DNA of 64,000 nt. Origin: Octopus vulgaris. Lineage: Eukaryota. A program made the translations under genes and the position numbers. Positions 61,926-64,000 of this stretch are shown in pieces. The notes beneath the pieces are model-generated. The model was not told the origin of the DNA, made no database searches, and worked only from the letters and a program-made list of their open reading frames with translations. Within the stretch, counting starts at the first letter, position 1; every line of letters begins with the position of its first letter. The stretch lies in assembly GCA_951406725.2 (NCBI GenBank), contig OX597832.1, forward strand, positions 3,534,001 to 3,598,000, given 5' to 3'.

Positions 61926-64000
61926 CGTTATACGATGATGATGATGATATATATATATAAATAAACAGGGCTAATTGAACTATTTCTCTGTTGACTGAAA
62001 AGATAGATAATGAATAACTTTAATTGATTTTCGAATCTTATTGTATTCTCATCACATCTGTTTGATCAGTCCCAGAAAAACAAGCTATCACCCTGTTTAT
62101 GTACTCAACAATTTCAGTAGCTTCAAGAAATTAGGGCTACTAATTTGCATACCATAAGTGTTTAACAAACTTTGAAATGTTGAGTGGGTGGTATTTTTAG
62201 ATCTGAAGATATCTCAAACTCAGTGGTTGTGAAAATGTCTTTGAAGATGGAGCAAAAATAATTTTATAAGGAGGAAAAAAAAAATGGCCAGCATGCTGCT
62301 ATGTAGGACTGAACTCTGTACCTCCCAAATTCTGACTGAACACTCTATCCTTTGACATAAATGGCCCCTGACAACAGATACTGTCTTTTATAATGCTAAA
62401 TAATACGTTTTGGAATGAGAACATTTTTATAAACAAACATTGAAGCACTGAGTGGTTGGTACCTTTTAGACATGAAGAATTTGATTTTCCATAGCAGCTT
62501 CCTGGCCACTTGTTTCCATCTTATAAGGGTATTTTTACCCAATGTCTTAAGCTGTTTCACAGTCATTCTCCTGTGTTTGACATTTCTTCATATCTGAAAA
62601 ATACCAACTACTTCATACTTTGGTGTTTGTTTATGAAAATGTTCTCAAACCAAAAGTCAGCTTTCCTTCTCAGGAACAGAAAATACACCAGCTCTAATCA
62701 ATTGCTAGTTCTTTACAAAGCTCACTATGCCTAATAAAAGAATATTGTTACTATACTTGAAACAGTGATGCTGCACAAAAATATCCTAGACTGCGCTGGA
62801 AAGAAAACCATTTAACTGATTCACAATCATTTGCTCATCAACATATTAAAATCCACAAATTTACTGTTACCCTTCTCTCCCTGCTTCTTCTCTCTCTCCT
62901 ACATGTGGCCTTATTGCTTAACAAAGAAACTGTAAACAAGTTAGTTACAAGCCACCACCACACAAGCCCAAGTGACACACTTGACTCTCTGCTTTTAATC
63001 ACCTTTACTTTTTGCATCTTTCTCCAATATCCAATACAAACTACAATCCTTCCTCTTAATTTTAGTAACTTTCAGAAATTTCCTTTCACATGTGTTTCCT
63101 ACAGATGCTAATTTACAGCTATCTGCTATACTGCTGACAAAAGTAAAGGGCACAGTACTTGATGTAAATAAGCTAAATGATTCCCTTTCCAGTCTCATCC
63201 CCACCATATATTCCAGGCCTTGACTTGGGAGTAAACACTTTTTTATCCCCATCCTTTTCCAAGGATTGACTTCAAAGGGAATTTTGTTGTCTTCGTTATC
63301 ACAAGTCATACTTGAATGTTAACCACATTAAATGCATTTACTCAAACTAAATAATACTCTTAGTTTAAATCTTCTTCAAATTAAATAATAATCTTGAGAT
63401 ATAAAGCCTGTTTTTGCCAGTAACATTGCAGCTAAACTGAGACATTCAAATGTGTCTGGTCCAAGGACTAAATGAAATTCTTATATCATCATCTAATGTC
63501 TGCTTTTCATGCTGGCATGGGTTGTATGATTTGACAGGAGTTGATAAAGTCATCAGGTTCCATTGTCTCTATGGACATGGCTTCTATGGCTGGATGCCCT
63601 TCTTAACACTAACCATTTTACAGTGTGTCCTGGGTGTTTTTGTGTGCACCAGCACCAGTGTTTTTTACATGGCACCAGCACTGGTGTTTTGCTTGTAGCA
63701 AATGCAAAACCATAACTGACAAATGATACTTTATGCTGCTGGTCAATCTTCCTTGTGTCTTCCTGGTAACTATGAACAGCATTTTAATTCAATTTCTCTG
63801 CACCTGTGTGGGTTATATTGTTCCATTTTAATAGGCTTTATACATTAACATCATATTGCTTAATAACAGAATAACACTTAGAATATTTAGGGCAATGTAT
63901 GTATGTATCATCATCATCATCATCATCATCATCGTTTAATGCCCGTTTTATAAGCATGTACACTAAAAAAAATTTGTAACTTAATCAAATTGTATTAAAG

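Noticed and set aside
62290-62370. tRNA-like sequence on the minus strand, and SINE heads at 22244 and 43535, as tRNA genes
   Set aside because: Only degenerate A/B boxes, no intact cloverleaf; SINE-derived

Overview
AT-rich eukaryotic genomic DNA, dense in (TA)n/(CA)n microsatellites, SINEs and LINEs. The repeat content suggests a cephalopod such as Octopus (inference only). The window lies inside one + strand gene. I traced 29 Gly-X-Y exons (6357-61382, 3639 nt, 1213 codons, all splice phases compatible) encoding the interrupted collagenous domain of a type IV collagen, probably an alpha1-like chain. The signal peptide/7S start and the NC1 domain are outside the window. One intron is GC-AG. 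The introns contain decayed mobile elements: R4/Dong-like and RTE LINEs, Tigger/pogo, Tc1/mariner, hAT- and piggyBac-type MITEs, SINEs, and four Penelope-like element (PLE) copies from two families. The most notable signal is not in the ORF track: four minimal type I hammerhead ribozyme motifs of three designs. Two identical copies lie in the ~470-bp inverted arms of one PLE, one has a compensatory G3:C8 core, and one has a 60-nt insert in stem II. Several long intronic hairpins are also present. PLE-borne hammerheads are a known class; any novelty would lie in these particular variants and their arrangement within a collagen pre-mRNA. Most short ORFs in the track are microsatellite or off-frame artefacts. 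All structures were paired by eye and not computed.
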